Shown: in pieces, positions 1 through 7,842 of the stretch
How the letters are laid out: every line of letters starts with the position of its first letter
Numbering within the stretch: the stretch's first letter is position 1
DNA from: an uncultured virus (IMG/VR IMGVR_UViG_3300032893_000022)
Taxonomy: Duplodnaviria > Heunggongvirae > Uroviricota > Caudoviricetes
IMG/VR virus record: IMGVR_UViG_3300032893_000022
DNA: 22,887 bases
Reading direction: 5' to 3' (one strand)
Position numbers and translations under genes: made by a program
Notes under the pieces: model-generated
The model's database searches: none
The model's input: only the letters and a program-made list of their open reading frames with translations
Told to the model about the DNA's origin: nothing

Positions 1-282
1 TTGTTTAGATTCAACAATGGAATGAACTTGATAATTTCCTTTTTGAGCAAGGACAGAACCACCATCTTTAACAACCTTACAAACATGATCATTTGTAAGA
101 ATCCAACTTTTATGTGTTGAAGAATTATAAACGAGACCAGTTCCTCCATGGTTCATTGCTCGATTAGTAATCATAACGGCATTTGATCCGATATCATTAG
201 TATTTTTCTTTGTATGAAAAAATGTATATCCTAATACTAAAACTCCGGCTAAGATTAGCCCTTTCCCTAGCTTATTTCTCAT
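1..282 (-). CDS. Trypsin-like (S1) serine protease with N-terminal hydrophobic anchor/signal; runs off the window edge
   Basis: Not in ORF track. Hand translation from ATG 282: MRNKLGKGLILAGVLVLGYTFF...NHGGTGLVYNSSTHKSWILTNDHVCKVV... GGTG..WILTNDHVC matches the S1/HtrA GSG...ILTNxHV His motif. Catalytic Asp/Ser would lie outside the window. Confidence 0.75.
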   Translation of the reverse strand, partial: MRNKLGKGLILAGVLVLGYTFFHTKKNTNDIGSNAVMITNRAMNHGGTGLVYNSSTHKSWILTNDHVCKVVKDGGSVLAQKGNYQVHSIVESKQ

Positions 283-571
283 TATCTTCTTTTCCTTCCA
301 ATTCTATAGATTGATCATCAAGGTCAATTTTAACTTTGTCTAATTTTCGTAAACGATAACTTATAAATCCTAATAATACAAATATATAACTCATTCCAGT
401 GGCTGTATAAGTTACTTTATTAAAATGTAATAAAATCAATGATATAACAGCTAAAAATCCAGATAACCAATAAAATAATAAAGTTACTGAAGGACTTTTT
501 GTTTCTGGATCATAACAGAAAGGTAATTTTATTCCTTCTTCGGCCCATTTTTTAATTACTTCTTTTAACAT
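272..571 (-). CDS. Small two-TM membrane protein (holin-like topology, function unproven)
   Basis: Two hydrophobic stretches (VTLLFYWLSGFLAVISLILL; GMSYIFVLLGFISY) and a charged C-terminal tail. Confidence 0.6.
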   Translation of the reverse strand: MLKEVIKKWAEEGIKLPFCYDPETKSPSVTLLFYWLSGFLAVISLILLHFNKVTYTATGMSYIFVLLGFISYRLRKLDKVKIDLDDQSIELEGKEDNEK

Positions 572-580
572 ATATATTAT

Positions 581-610
581 ATTATACTATTAAATAATAA
601 TAATTGTCAA
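581..610 (-). promoter_or_regulatory. Sigma70-type promoter
   Basis: TTGACA (610-605), 18-nt spacer, TATAAT (586-581), just upstream of ATG 571. Confidence 0.65.
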
Positions 611-1092
611 GTATTTTTTAAATATTCTGCAGCTTTCATACAAATCTTAAAATCGTCTTGTAAAAGACCTATACCCCTATTACAATTATAACAAAGCAAT
701 CCTCTAATTTTTCCAGTTTTATGACAATGATCTACAGATAAAGCTTGTTTAAATTCGTTATTATTTTTTAAACAGATTTTACAACAATAATTTTGTTCTT
801 CTAAAAATTTATTATATATTTCTAAAGTTATATTAAAATTTCTTTTTAACCATCTATTTTTAGATTTATTCGGATGTTTTTTTTCATATTCACGAAAATA
901 GTTTGGATTTTCTTTTCTAAATTGTTTATTTCTTATTTTAGTTAATTCTTTAGAATGTGAATTTTGTCTATATTTTCTTTCATAAATGTTATTACAATTT
1001 TTACATCTATAATTTAATCCATCATTATGTCTTTTATTTTTTGTAAAATCTTTTAATTCTTTAATTTGTTTACATTTAGTACATTGTTTCAT
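607..1092 (-). CDS. Endonuclease VII-family (His-Me) nuclease with N-terminal Cys motifs
   Basis: CKIC...LSVDHCHKTGKIRGLLCYNCNRGIG is the EndoVII signature. N-terminal CTKC...CKNC. Confidence 0.85.
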   Translation of the reverse strand: MKQCTKCKQIKELKDFTKNKRHNDGLNYRCKNCNNIYERKYRQNSHSKELTKIRNKQFRKENPNYFREYEKKHPNKSKNRWLKRNFNITLEIYNKFLEEQNYCCKICLKNNNEFKQALSVDHCHKTGKIRGLLCYNCNRGIGLLQDDFKICMKAAEYLKNT

Positions 1093-1538
1093 ATATTTTT
1101 TTTATTCTTTTTTTCTTGTTTTTTTAATAATCTTTCTATTTCTTTTTTATCAGCACTATGAGTTGCACGCATTTTGTCTTCCACATCGCTCTTAACCGTA
1201 TGGCACGCATGGCATAAGATCTGTACGTTTTCTACATCGCAAAATAATCTTTCTATAATAATTGTCCAATCAGGGCCTCCAGTTATTGGATGTATTGGAA
1301 ATCCACTATAGGGAACAATAGGTTCAATATGATCTTTAGCATATTCTTTAGCTTTAAACAATCCACCACACATTGCACATTCATATAATCCACGATCTTT
1401 TCTAGCTCTTTTTTCTGCCTCATTTAATGCGGGCCAACGGTATGAGGCACGACGTAAAGTGCTCATTATCCAAGTCTTTTTATTAATCTTCTTTCCGTTG
1501 GCTAAGAAGATATATTCTTTATCTTTTTTATCATCCAT
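1089..1538 (-). CDS. HNH endonuclease
   Basis: YECAMCG...KDHIEPIV...ENVQILCHACHTVKS. Confidence 0.8.
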   Translation of the reverse strand: MDDKKDKEYIFLANGKKINKKTWIMSTLRRASYRWPALNEAEKRARKDRGLYECAMCGGLFKAKEYAKDHIEPIVPYSGFPIHPITGGPDWTIIIERLFCDVENVQILCHACHTVKSDVEDKMRATHSADKKEIERLLKKQEKKNKKNI

Positions 1539-1812
1539 GATTCTTAATAATTAATTCTCTATGTCCACATAAAGTACAAATTTTAAATTTTCTTATTCCT
1601 AGATCAGTTATACTGATAGTTCCTTTTCCACAGGATTCACATTTAGGTTCTTCTTTTCGAGATTTCTTCTCTTTTATAGGAGATTTTAACATTAAATCTC
1701 TTTCAAGCTGTCGTATTCTTTGATCTTTTCTTCGTATTTCTTTTTTGAGTTCTCGAAGCTTTCCTAGAAGATATTCGTCGGGTTTGTGATTCTTTTGTTT
1801 GTTTTTGCCCAT
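1531..1812 (-). CDS. Hypothetical protein, coiled-coil plus C-terminal zinc ribbon
   Basis: Basic heptad-like helix followed by CESCGKG...CTLCGHR. Confidence 0.6.
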   Translation of the reverse strand: MGKNKQKNHKPDEYLLGKLRELKKEIRRKDQRIRQLERDLMLKSPIKEKKSRKEEPKCESCGKGTISITDLGIRKFKICTLCGHRELIIKNHG

Positions 1813-1876
1813 CGAACCAGATTTCCATTTCTTTTAAGATTTGAGTTATTGGTGTAAAATATTTAAATTTTTTCAT
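1703..1876 (-). CDS. Possible 57-aa ORF, overlapping the next gene by 110 nt
   Basis: Not in ORF track. ATG 1876 overlaps the dUTPase TGA (ATGA). MKKFKYFTPITQILKEMEIWFDGQKQ...TTA*. Confidence 0.35.
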   Translation of the reverse strand: MKKFKYFTPITQILKEMEIWFDGQKQTKESQTRRISSRKASRTQKRNTKKRSKNTTA

Positions 1877-2340
1877 GATCCTGTACTTCCAAATCCACCA
1901 GTTCCACGTTCAGAATTAGATAATTTATTAACCTCTTCAAATTCAATTTTAGGATAAGGAATAATTATTAATTGTCCAATTTTATCGCCAATATTATAAG
2001 AATTATGAATAGAATTAGGATTTACTCGAAATTTAAATTTAATTTCACCACGATATCCACTATCTATAACTCCAACAGAATTACTCAATTCCATATTAGA
2101 TTTATAAATAGAAGATCGAGGAAAAATTAAACCAACATATCCTTCAGGAATTTCAACACTTAAACCAGTTCCATAAGTAATAATATGAGGTCTTTGTTCT
2201 TTTATAACTCCACATTCAACATATAATTTATCTAAAGTTTTATCTATAGAAATGGCAGTTAGATCAAGTCCCGCATCGCCTTCTTTAGCATATAGAGGAA
2301 TTTTGGCATCAGGATGAAGTTTTCTAATTTTAACCTTCAT
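1873..2340 (-). CDS. dut: dUTPase (trimeric family)
   Basis: All five motifs: DAGLDL, FPRSS, GVIDSGYRGEI, KIGQLI, RGTGGFGSTG. Confidence 0.97.
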   Translation of the reverse strand: MKVKIRKLHPDAKIPLYAKEGDAGLDLTAISIDKTLDKLYVECGVIKEQRPHIITYGTGLSVEIPEGYVGLIFPRSSIYKSNMELSNSVGVIDSGYRGEIKFKFRVNPNSIHNSYNIGDKIGQLIIIPYPKIEFEEVNKLSNSERGTGGFGSTGS

Positions 2341-2522
2341 TTCTTCCTCGAATTTTTTATCATCTTTTCAAATGTTTTAAATTCTTTATCTAATTTATTT
2401 AAGGAATTAATAACAGATTTGGGAAGTTTTTTAACGCCAGATTTTTTAAGTTCAATAAATCCTTCTTCAATTTCATCTAAAGCGGCGTGAGCTTCTCTTT
2501 CTAACTTATTGATGCGTTTCAT
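2337..2522 (-). CDS. Hypothetical protein
   Basis: 61-aa helical ORF with ATGA coupling on both sides. Confidence 0.6.
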   Translation of the reverse strand: MKRINKLEREAHAALDEIEEGFIELKKSGVKKLPKSVINSLNKLDKEFKTFEKMIKNSRKK

Positions 2523-2710
2523 TTACTAATCCTTATCCCATAAATTTCTTTAGAAACATCCACAAAACTATCTACTTTATAACCTTCAGCTTCTAAAGTA
2601 TCACAAACCAAAGCACTTTCTTCGATTAAATTGACATCTTTATTTGTTACAACTACAGGAAATGATTTAGCTTCTTGCACCATTGTTAACACTTTTTCCA
2701 ACACGTTCAT
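2519..2710 (-). CDS. Hypothetical protein
   Basis: AAGGAG RBS 6 nt before ATG 2710. Overlaps the upstream gene by 44 nt. Confidence 0.6.
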   Translation of the reverse strand: MNVLEKVLTMVQEAKSFPVVVTNKDVNLIEESALVCDTLEAEGYKVDSFVDVSKEIYGIRISK

Positions 2711-3521
2711 CCTTTACTCCTTCTGGAAGAGGAGTGGCGTCGCTATAGAGTCTTATTTCTATAAAATCGAAATCACCACTAACAACTGAACAATAAGTTT
2801 CACCCATTCCAGGGCGTTTAATTGTTCCAATTGTATTTCCAAAATATTTCTTTTTGGGATCTAATTGCTTAGTTTCCCAAAGATTTTTCCACATATTATC
2901 AATAATAAGATCTTTAAGTAATTCATATGCTTTATCAGGATATTTTAATAATTCTTTTACATCCAAAGGTCTTAGAGCAACTCTATCTACGTAAGTATCT
3001 TTATATAAATTATCATAATTTAAAGAAGCAATTCCAGGTTTATTAAGATTAAAAGCTTCTTGATTATTACTTTTAATTCTTGTAACTCCTGGTTTATATT
3101 CAAATTTTTCAGGAATACTCACTTTATTTGTCATTGCGCCATCATTGTCTAATTTATAACCTTTTGTAATAAGTTGTAAAGCTCTCTCAATATCCTTTAA
3201 AATAGCGTTTAAAGGCTCTATTAGGCTCTCTGCTGGGATTTCTCCGTTAGGAGCTTCAAAGGGATTAACCTTTACAGGAACAACTTTCCCGGGCTTTATA
3301 ACGATTGGGGGTTGACCATTGGATTTAATAAGAACTGGTTCTGGAAGATCTTCCTCTTCTTCAACAACTTTCTTTTTCCTGGGTTTACGAGCTTTTACAC
3401 GTTCTTTATATTCAGCTAAAGCTTTTAAACGAGCTGCTTCTTCAGCCGCAGCTTCTTCAGGTGTTTTAGCTTTATCTAGGGACTCCCCCGTCTCGGGGTT
3501 ATATTTCATAACAGGAGCCAT
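2667..3521 (-). CDS. Hypothetical protein with low-complexity Glu/Lys/Pro-rich N-terminus
   Basis: 284-aa ORF with GGAG RBS and its own predicted promoter. No family recognised. Confidence 0.75.
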   Translation of the reverse strand: MAPVMKYNPETGESLDKAKTPEEAAAEEAARLKALAEYKERVKARKPRKKKVVEEEEDLPEPVLIKSNGQPPIVIKPGKVVPVKVNPFEAPNGEIPAESLIEPLNAILKDIERALQLITKGYKLDNDGAMTNKVSIPEKFEYKPGVTRIKSNNQEAFNLNKPGIASLNYDNLYKDTYVDRVALRPLDVKELLKYPDKAYELLKDLIIDNMWKNLWETKQLDPKKKYFGNTIGTIKRPGMGETYCSVVSGDFDFIEIRLYSDATPLPEGVKDERVGKSVNNGARS

Positions 3522-3524
3522 TAT

Positions 3525-3950
3525 TTATTCTCCAATTGAAGATTTAACATTAACACTTATAGTAACAGGTTCTTCTTGTTTTGTCAACTCTTTATCTTGT
3601 TCTTGTTCAATTTCTTTTTGTAAAAGAGCTAACATTCTCCAGGCAGCTTTTGCAGTATGACGTTTACCATCTGTGTCTATAGTGCCTCTTTGAAGGAAAT
3701 GACGCATACAAGTATCTGCTTCATCGCCAGATTTACTTCTAGTCCAACGTAATGGAAGTCCTGGATTATGTTGATCATTTCCAGCTTTAGATATTTCAGA
3801 TATAGCCACTATAGCATCAGGAAAGTAATCTAATACTCCACTAGCTATTGGAAAATTCTTTCGGGATTGGGCATCGTTTGGAAGAGATGTAGCTCTAGTT
3901 GGAGCGCCACCTTCTCCACGCATTCGGTTTTTTTCTCTTTCGTCACTCAT
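3525..3950 (-). CDS. dATP/dGTP diphosphohydrolase-domain protein (DUF5664-like)
   Basis: RKNFPIASGVLDYFPDAIVAISEISKAGNDQH...W...MRHF...DTDGKRHTAKAAWRMLALLQ fits this phage family. Confidence 0.75.
   Translation of the reverse strand: MSDEREKNRMRGEGGAPTRATSLPNDAQSRKNFPIASGVLDYFPDAIVAISEISKAGNDQHNPGLPLRWTRSKSGDEADTCMRHFLQRGTIDTDGKRHTAKAAWRMLALLQKEIEQEQDKELTKQEEPVTISVNVKSSIGE
3559..3587 (-). promoter_or_regulatory. Sigma70-type promoter with extended -10, embedded in the 3' end of the upstream gene
   Basis: TTGACA (3587-3582), 17-nt spacer AAACAAGAAGAACCTGT, TACTAT (3564-3559). TGn precedes the -10. Confidence 0.65.
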
Positions 3951-3952
3951 TG

Positions 3953-4180
3953 TTAAGCCTCTTGGTTGGCTTGTTCATCTTTCATGACAACTGGACCTTC
4001 GGCGACCATCTCTTTTAATACGGCTTCCAAAGTCTTAGCTTTTTTAAGAACTTCAACAACTTTAAAGACTTCGGCATATGGACGAGAAGATACATAATTT
4101 AACATTTCTTGAAGATCTCCAAGAGTTAGGACTACTTTTTGATCTAAATTAGGTGTTTTTGTTTCTTTTGCTTCAGACAT
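3953..4180 (-). CDS. Hypothetical protein
   Basis: 75 aa, strong AAGGAG RBS. Confidence 0.7.
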   Translation of the reverse strand: MSEAKETKTPNLDQKVVLTLGDLQEMLNYVSSRPYAEVFKVVEVLKKAKTLEAVLKEMVAEGPVVMKDEQANQEA

Positions 4181-4319
4181 TTATCTCTCCTTTTAATTCG
4201 ATAACATGAGCATCTTTAAATCTTTTAAATTCAAAAGAACCTTCTACAATTTCTTTTGTGGCTCCAGTATACAAAATTCTACCTGAAATGTCAACTAAAA
4301 TCCATAAAGACATTGTCAT
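4173..4319 (-). CDS. Possible 48-aa hypothetical protein
   Basis: Not in ORF track. MTMSLWILVDISGRILYTGATKEIVEGSFEFKRFKDAHVIELKGEINV*. Starts 2 nt after the upstream stop and fills the gap exactly. Confidence 0.45.
   Translation of the reverse strand: MTMSLWILVDISGRILYTGATKEIVEGSFEFKRFKDAHVIELKGEINV
4266..4294 (-). promoter_or_regulatory. Sigma70-type promoter
   Basis: TTGACA (4294-4289), 17-nt spacer TTTCAGGTAGAATTTTG, TATACT (4271-4266). Confidence 0.7.
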
Positions 4320-4321
4320 TA

Positions 4322-5116
4322 TTAAACCTTCTTTCTAAGATTTTCTTTTTGTTTTTTAGATAATAAATTATTCTTAGCACCTTTTTTTCTAGACCAAGTA
4401 CCACAGTCTTGACATTGATAACGTTGGAATTTACCATCAGAAGTTATAGAAAATCCTCGCTTTTGAAGTCTTTTACTTCCACAATTACATACAACATCTT
4501 TAAGATCACTATAAAGATCAAAGTTAATTTTATTATCCCAAGGAGCAAGTTTTTTATAAACTTCTTCTGTAGCTAACACGTCTATTTTGTTATATTTCTC
4601 CATTTCTTCCCATGCTTCAGGATTCTTGGCTTCACATTGACGCCATAATTCTCTTCCGGGGAACTTTTTATGATCTGATTTTTGATATTTTATATGTAAG
4701 TATTTACATAAATCTTTTAAACTATTGGATGTAAAACCAAATTTATTCTTCGCTACAACTTTTGTGTCAAAATGTTTAAAAGGACTTGTAGCTTTTAAAT
4801 CATAGAACGCAAATCGAGCATTTAAACGTTTAATATCAAATGATTTACCATTTTGCGTAACAATAATATCAGCTTCATTAAGAAGCTTATGAATTCCTCT
4901 AATAATCTTCTCATCGTCTCTAGGATCTTTTCTATCTCTATTATCCATATACATCATTTTTTCTGGAGAATCTCCGAGCCATTTAGCGGCCCAGCTAGCT
5001 ACGCACCAATCTTTAATAATTTGATCAGGAAGAATTTTTTGATCCCAAATTCCCCAAGTTTCAACAACATATCCAAAGGTTTCTATATCTAAGACGAGGA
5101 CTTTAGCTTTACTCAT
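4322..5116 (-). CDS. RNase H-fold (DEDD/RNase_H_2-like) 3'-5' exonuclease with C-terminal zinc ribbon
   Basis: VLVLDIET, TQNGKSFDI, KYNKIDV exonuclease motifs. C-terminal CNCGS...RYQCQDCG. Confidence 0.85.
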   Translation of the reverse strand: MSKAKVLVLDIETFGYVVETWGIWDQKILPDQIIKDWCVASWAAKWLGDSPEKMMYMDNRDRKDPRDDEKIIRGIHKLLNEADIIVTQNGKSFDIKRLNARFAFYDLKATSPFKHFDTKVVAKNKFGFTSNSLKDLCKYLHIKYQKSDHKKFPGRELWRQCEAKNPEAWEEMEKYNKIDVLATEEVYKKLAPWDNKINFDLYSDLKDVVCNCGSKRLQKRGFSITSDGKFQRYQCQDCGTWSRKKGAKNNLLSKKQKENLRKKV

Positions 5117-5162
5117 TTATATAATATCTCCATATAAGACGTGTAAACATAGTTGTTAATCA

Positions 5163-5552
5163 TCACCCTCTAAATCTTTTACTTGTGTCTATTATACCAT
5201 TTTTATATAAAATTTGCGAGAATTTTAAAGCAATTCGTGCAGTTAATTCATAATGTTCTGGAGTATGTTCAAATCCAGTTTTTACATGAGCCAATTCGTG
5301 CGCCAAAGTGTCTAAAATTATAGATATAGAACTTCCTGAGTATTTTGAATAGCCTACAAGATTATGAGTTTTTATGTTTATAGAATATTTACCTTTTTTA
5401 TAAATTGTCGATCCATAAGCTAATTCTTCACATCCTTTACGTACTTTATATCCTCGAATATTTGTAATTTTATTTAAAGGAATAAGTTTTGAAGAACATT
5501 CAACAAAAGGTTTCAACCATAATACATTTTTAGTGTATTTAATTTTATTCAC
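5163..5552 (-). CDS. HExxH zinc metallopeptidase-like protein (SprT/WLM-like)
   Basis: LDTLAHELAHVKTGFEHTPEH: HExxH plus a downstream third His. Confidence 0.7.
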   Translation of the reverse strand: MNKIKYTKNVLWLKPFVECSSKLIPLNKITNIRGYKVRKGCEELAYGSTIYKKGKYSINIKTHNLVGYSKYSGSSISIILDTLAHELAHVKTGFEHTPEHYELTARIALKFSQILYKNGIIDTSKRFRG

Positions 5553-5799
5553 ATTTACCTTTATTTGCGAGTATTTGCTTATGGTGTGACAAATGAATAT
5601 CCAAAATCATCTTACTATCTTCAATACATAAAAGAGTTTCTTGTAAAGAAGTATATTCTCTAAAAGGTTTTAAACCTTGATGAGCTAAAGTAAGTATATG
5701 GATTACTTTTTCAAGATCCTTTACAATTCTTTTGGCTTTTTTATATTTATTAAAATCATTAATGGAAGTCAGAATTATCTCCTTCCAAATACTTTTCAC
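5545..5799 (-). CDS. Hypothetical protein (start uncertain)
   Basis: 84-aa ORF from GTG overlapping the ligase 3' end. Confidence 0.5.
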   Translation of the reverse strand: MKSIWKEIILTSINDFNKYKKAKRIVKDLEKVIHILTLAHQGLKPFREYTSLQETLLCIEDSKMILDIHLSHHKQILANKGKCE

Positions 5800-6934
5800 T
5801 TAACCATTTAACACACTTCTTATTAGAAGGCATAAAATCATCATTATAATTATATCGAGATTTTATGACAATACCTTCGCGTACTTTTTGTTTTTCACAA
5901 TATACACTTGGGCCTTTTGTTAAATCATAAGCAATTTCTTTATTAAATTTTCCATAATACAATCTAGAAACCATATCAAATCCACGAGTTTGTGCATAAT
6001 ATTCAACTTCTTCAGGATTTAACCATTTAGTAGTTCCATCTTCTTGAAGAACTTTTACGTCAAACAAAACAAAGTGATGTTCTTTATGTCCATAATCATA
6101 ATTCTTTTGAATACCTTCACCAATTAATTCACCGTAGATAATTTCTCCAGGCTTTATTTTTTCAAAAGCTTTAACACGTTCAAGAACTTTACCATAAACA
6201 TTTTCACCATACCATCCAGTATATCCACGACGTTCTTGTAATTGAACATTATTACTTCCATAACAATGCTCATATTGAGGAGCAAGTTTTAAAAGTTTAA
6301 GGATTTTCTTCCAAAGAGTATTGGCTTTAAAAGGAAGAATTGCAGCTCTACAACAAGAACCATGAAGTTTTTCTTGGATAACAACTTCTTCATCTTCTTT
6401 AAAGAGTTCTGGATACCATTTAATATTCTCGACTCCATTGTATTTATGGAAATAAGGATTTTCTTTGGGTTTATCACGGGGAGTTATAGATCTTTGATAG
6501 GTAGCTTCGGGAGGTTGGTATTTTGTTATTCCAAGTGTATTAGATAAATCATATTCAAGTAAATCTGGATCGTTAATTTCTAACCAGGCATATTTAGTTG
6601 AATCTAATGCAATCATTCCATCTTCAGAAACATCTTCTATATCAATAATCATTCCTTGAGAATAGTGGCCGCAGATCTTGATTTGACGTACTCTTGAATT
6701 ATTAAGTTTAATTTTAGAATCAACTGGAAATAATTTTTTTTCTAAATCGAAAGGAAGAATACTATCAATTGGAACATATATAACTTTGTCTCCAACTTTA
6801 TATTCATTTTTACGAACAATAACATTAAAGTCATATACTTTTACATATTCAAGAGCTGTTGCATTTGGATGAGGGAAGATTTCTTTAATCGTTGTTATTG
6901 GAACTTTATGGGTACTTCCTTCTTGTTCACTCAT
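5759..6934 (-). CDS. ATP-dependent RNA ligase, DRB0094/Rnl5-like, with N-terminal OB-fold
   Basis: N-terminal HPNATALE...YKVGDKVIYVPIDS...SQG. Nucleotidyltransferase motifs QEKLHGS, IYGELIG, FVLFDV, REGIVIK. Confidence 0.88.
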   Translation of the reverse strand: MSEQEGSTHKVPITTIKEIFPHPNATALEYVKVYDFNVIVRKNEYKVGDKVIYVPIDSILPFDLEKKLFPVDSKIKLNNSRVRQIKICGHYSQGMIIDIEDVSEDGMIALDSTKYAWLEINDPDLLEYDLSNTLGITKYQPPEATYQRSITPRDKPKENPYFHKYNGVENIKWYPELFKEDEEVVIQEKLHGSCCRAAILPFKANTLWKKILKLLKLAPQYEHCYGSNNVQLQERRGYTGWYGENVYGKVLERVKAFEKIKPGEIIYGELIGEGIQKNYDYGHKEHHFVLFDVKVLQEDGTTKWLNPEEVEYYAQTRGFDMVSRLYYGKFNKEIAYDLTKGPSVYCEKQKVREGIVIKSRYNYNDDFMPSNKKCVKWLSEKYLEGDNSDFH

Positions 6935-7059
6935 TTGTTAACCTCACAAAAAGGATTCCATTGACTGTTTCCAAAATAATATGCACTAGAACAAGAAAGA
7001 ATGATAATAAAAAATGATATCATAATAAATGTGCCAATTAAAAAGAAAATATTTTTCAT
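6931..7059 (-). CDS. 42-aa hydrophobic (single TM/signal) protein
   Basis: Not in ORF track. MKNIFFLIGTFIMISFFIIILSCSSAYYFGNSQWNPFCEVNK*. ATGA-coupled at both ends. Confidence 0.6.
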   Translation of the reverse strand: MKNIFFLIGTFIMISFFIIILSCSSAYYFGNSQWNPFCEVNK

Positions 7060-7262
7060 TTCATCTCCAACAATTTTTTAAGATCTTTCTTGGAAAAAAG
7101 TTTTCTGGGTCTTCCACGTTTTCCGGTTTTAATTGTCCAGGTTGATAATTCCATTATTAATTCTAATCTTCCTGCCATTGTTCGAGGTATTTTATTACCT
7201 AATTCTATTGAAATAGCTGCCGCACTTTTTAAGCTTTTTTCTGAATTATTTCGATTACTCAC
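7056..7262 (-). CDS. Small basic protein with AT-hook-like motif
   Basis: Contains KRGRPRK. Confidence 0.55.
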   Translation of the reverse strand: MSNRNNSEKSLKSAAAISIELGNKIPRTMAGRLELIMELSTWTIKTGKRGRPRKLFSKKDLKKLLEMK

Positions 7263-7842
7263 TTAAAACTCCAGCTTCAATCGTTTCTACCAAGATATGT
7301 AATATTAACATATGTAGCTCTTGAATTCTATCACTATTTTTTCCAGGAACGATTATATAATTATTTATTAAATTTTTTATTCTTCCACCATCTTTACCTA
7401 ATAAAGCAAAACTTTTAAGAAGTTTTTTATTGGCCGATGTTATAACTTTACAAATATTCTCAGAATTTCCACTAGTTGACAAGACAATTAAAAGATCTTC
7501 GGGTTTAGCTAAAGCTTCAAATTCTCTAGAAAACACTTCTTCAAATCCAAAATCATTAGAGACACAGGTTAAATGGGCTGGATTACTTCCTAATGCGACC
7601 GCTGGGAGGGATTTTCTATCATTCCTATACCTTCCAGTCAATTCCTCGGCAAAGTGCATAGCATCAGCGTGGGAGCCTCCATTACCACATATAAAGATTT
7701 TCCCTCCATTTTTTATTGTTTCTATAGCTAAGATGGATAATTTTTGAAGTTTGCTATAAACTTCAGGCCCTGAATAATAAAATTCTTTGAGATACATTCT
7801 TGCGTCAGACAAAGATTCTAACCAAATATCGTTAAGATTCAT
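7255..7842 (-). CDS. gmhA: Sedoheptulose-7-phosphate (phosphoheptose) isomerase
   Basis: CGNGGSHADAMHFAEELTGRY, NDFGFEEVFSR, LSTSGNS, LGKDGG, DRIQELH are typical GmhA motifs. Start reassigned to ATG 7842 (MNLNDIW) to avoid a long overlap. Confidence 0.93.
   Translation of the reverse strand: MNLNDIWLESLSDARMYLKEFYYSGPEVYSKLQKLSILAIETIKNGGKIFICGNGGSHADAMHFAEELTGRYRNDRKSLPAVALGSNPAHLTCVSNDFGFEEVFSREFEALAKPEDLLIVLSTSGNSENICKVITSANKKLLKSFALLGKDGGRIKNLINNYIIVPGKNSDRIQELHMLILHILVETIEAGVLSE

Noticed and set aside
272..571. Firm holin/lysis cassette call
   Set aside because: Topology fits, but no endolysin is visible nearby and the neighbour is a protease.
3525..3950. Z-genome (2-aminoadenine) or 7-deazaguanine system
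   Set aside because: No PurZ, DpdA or Que-family genes are recognisable in the window. The hydrolase domain alone is insufficient.
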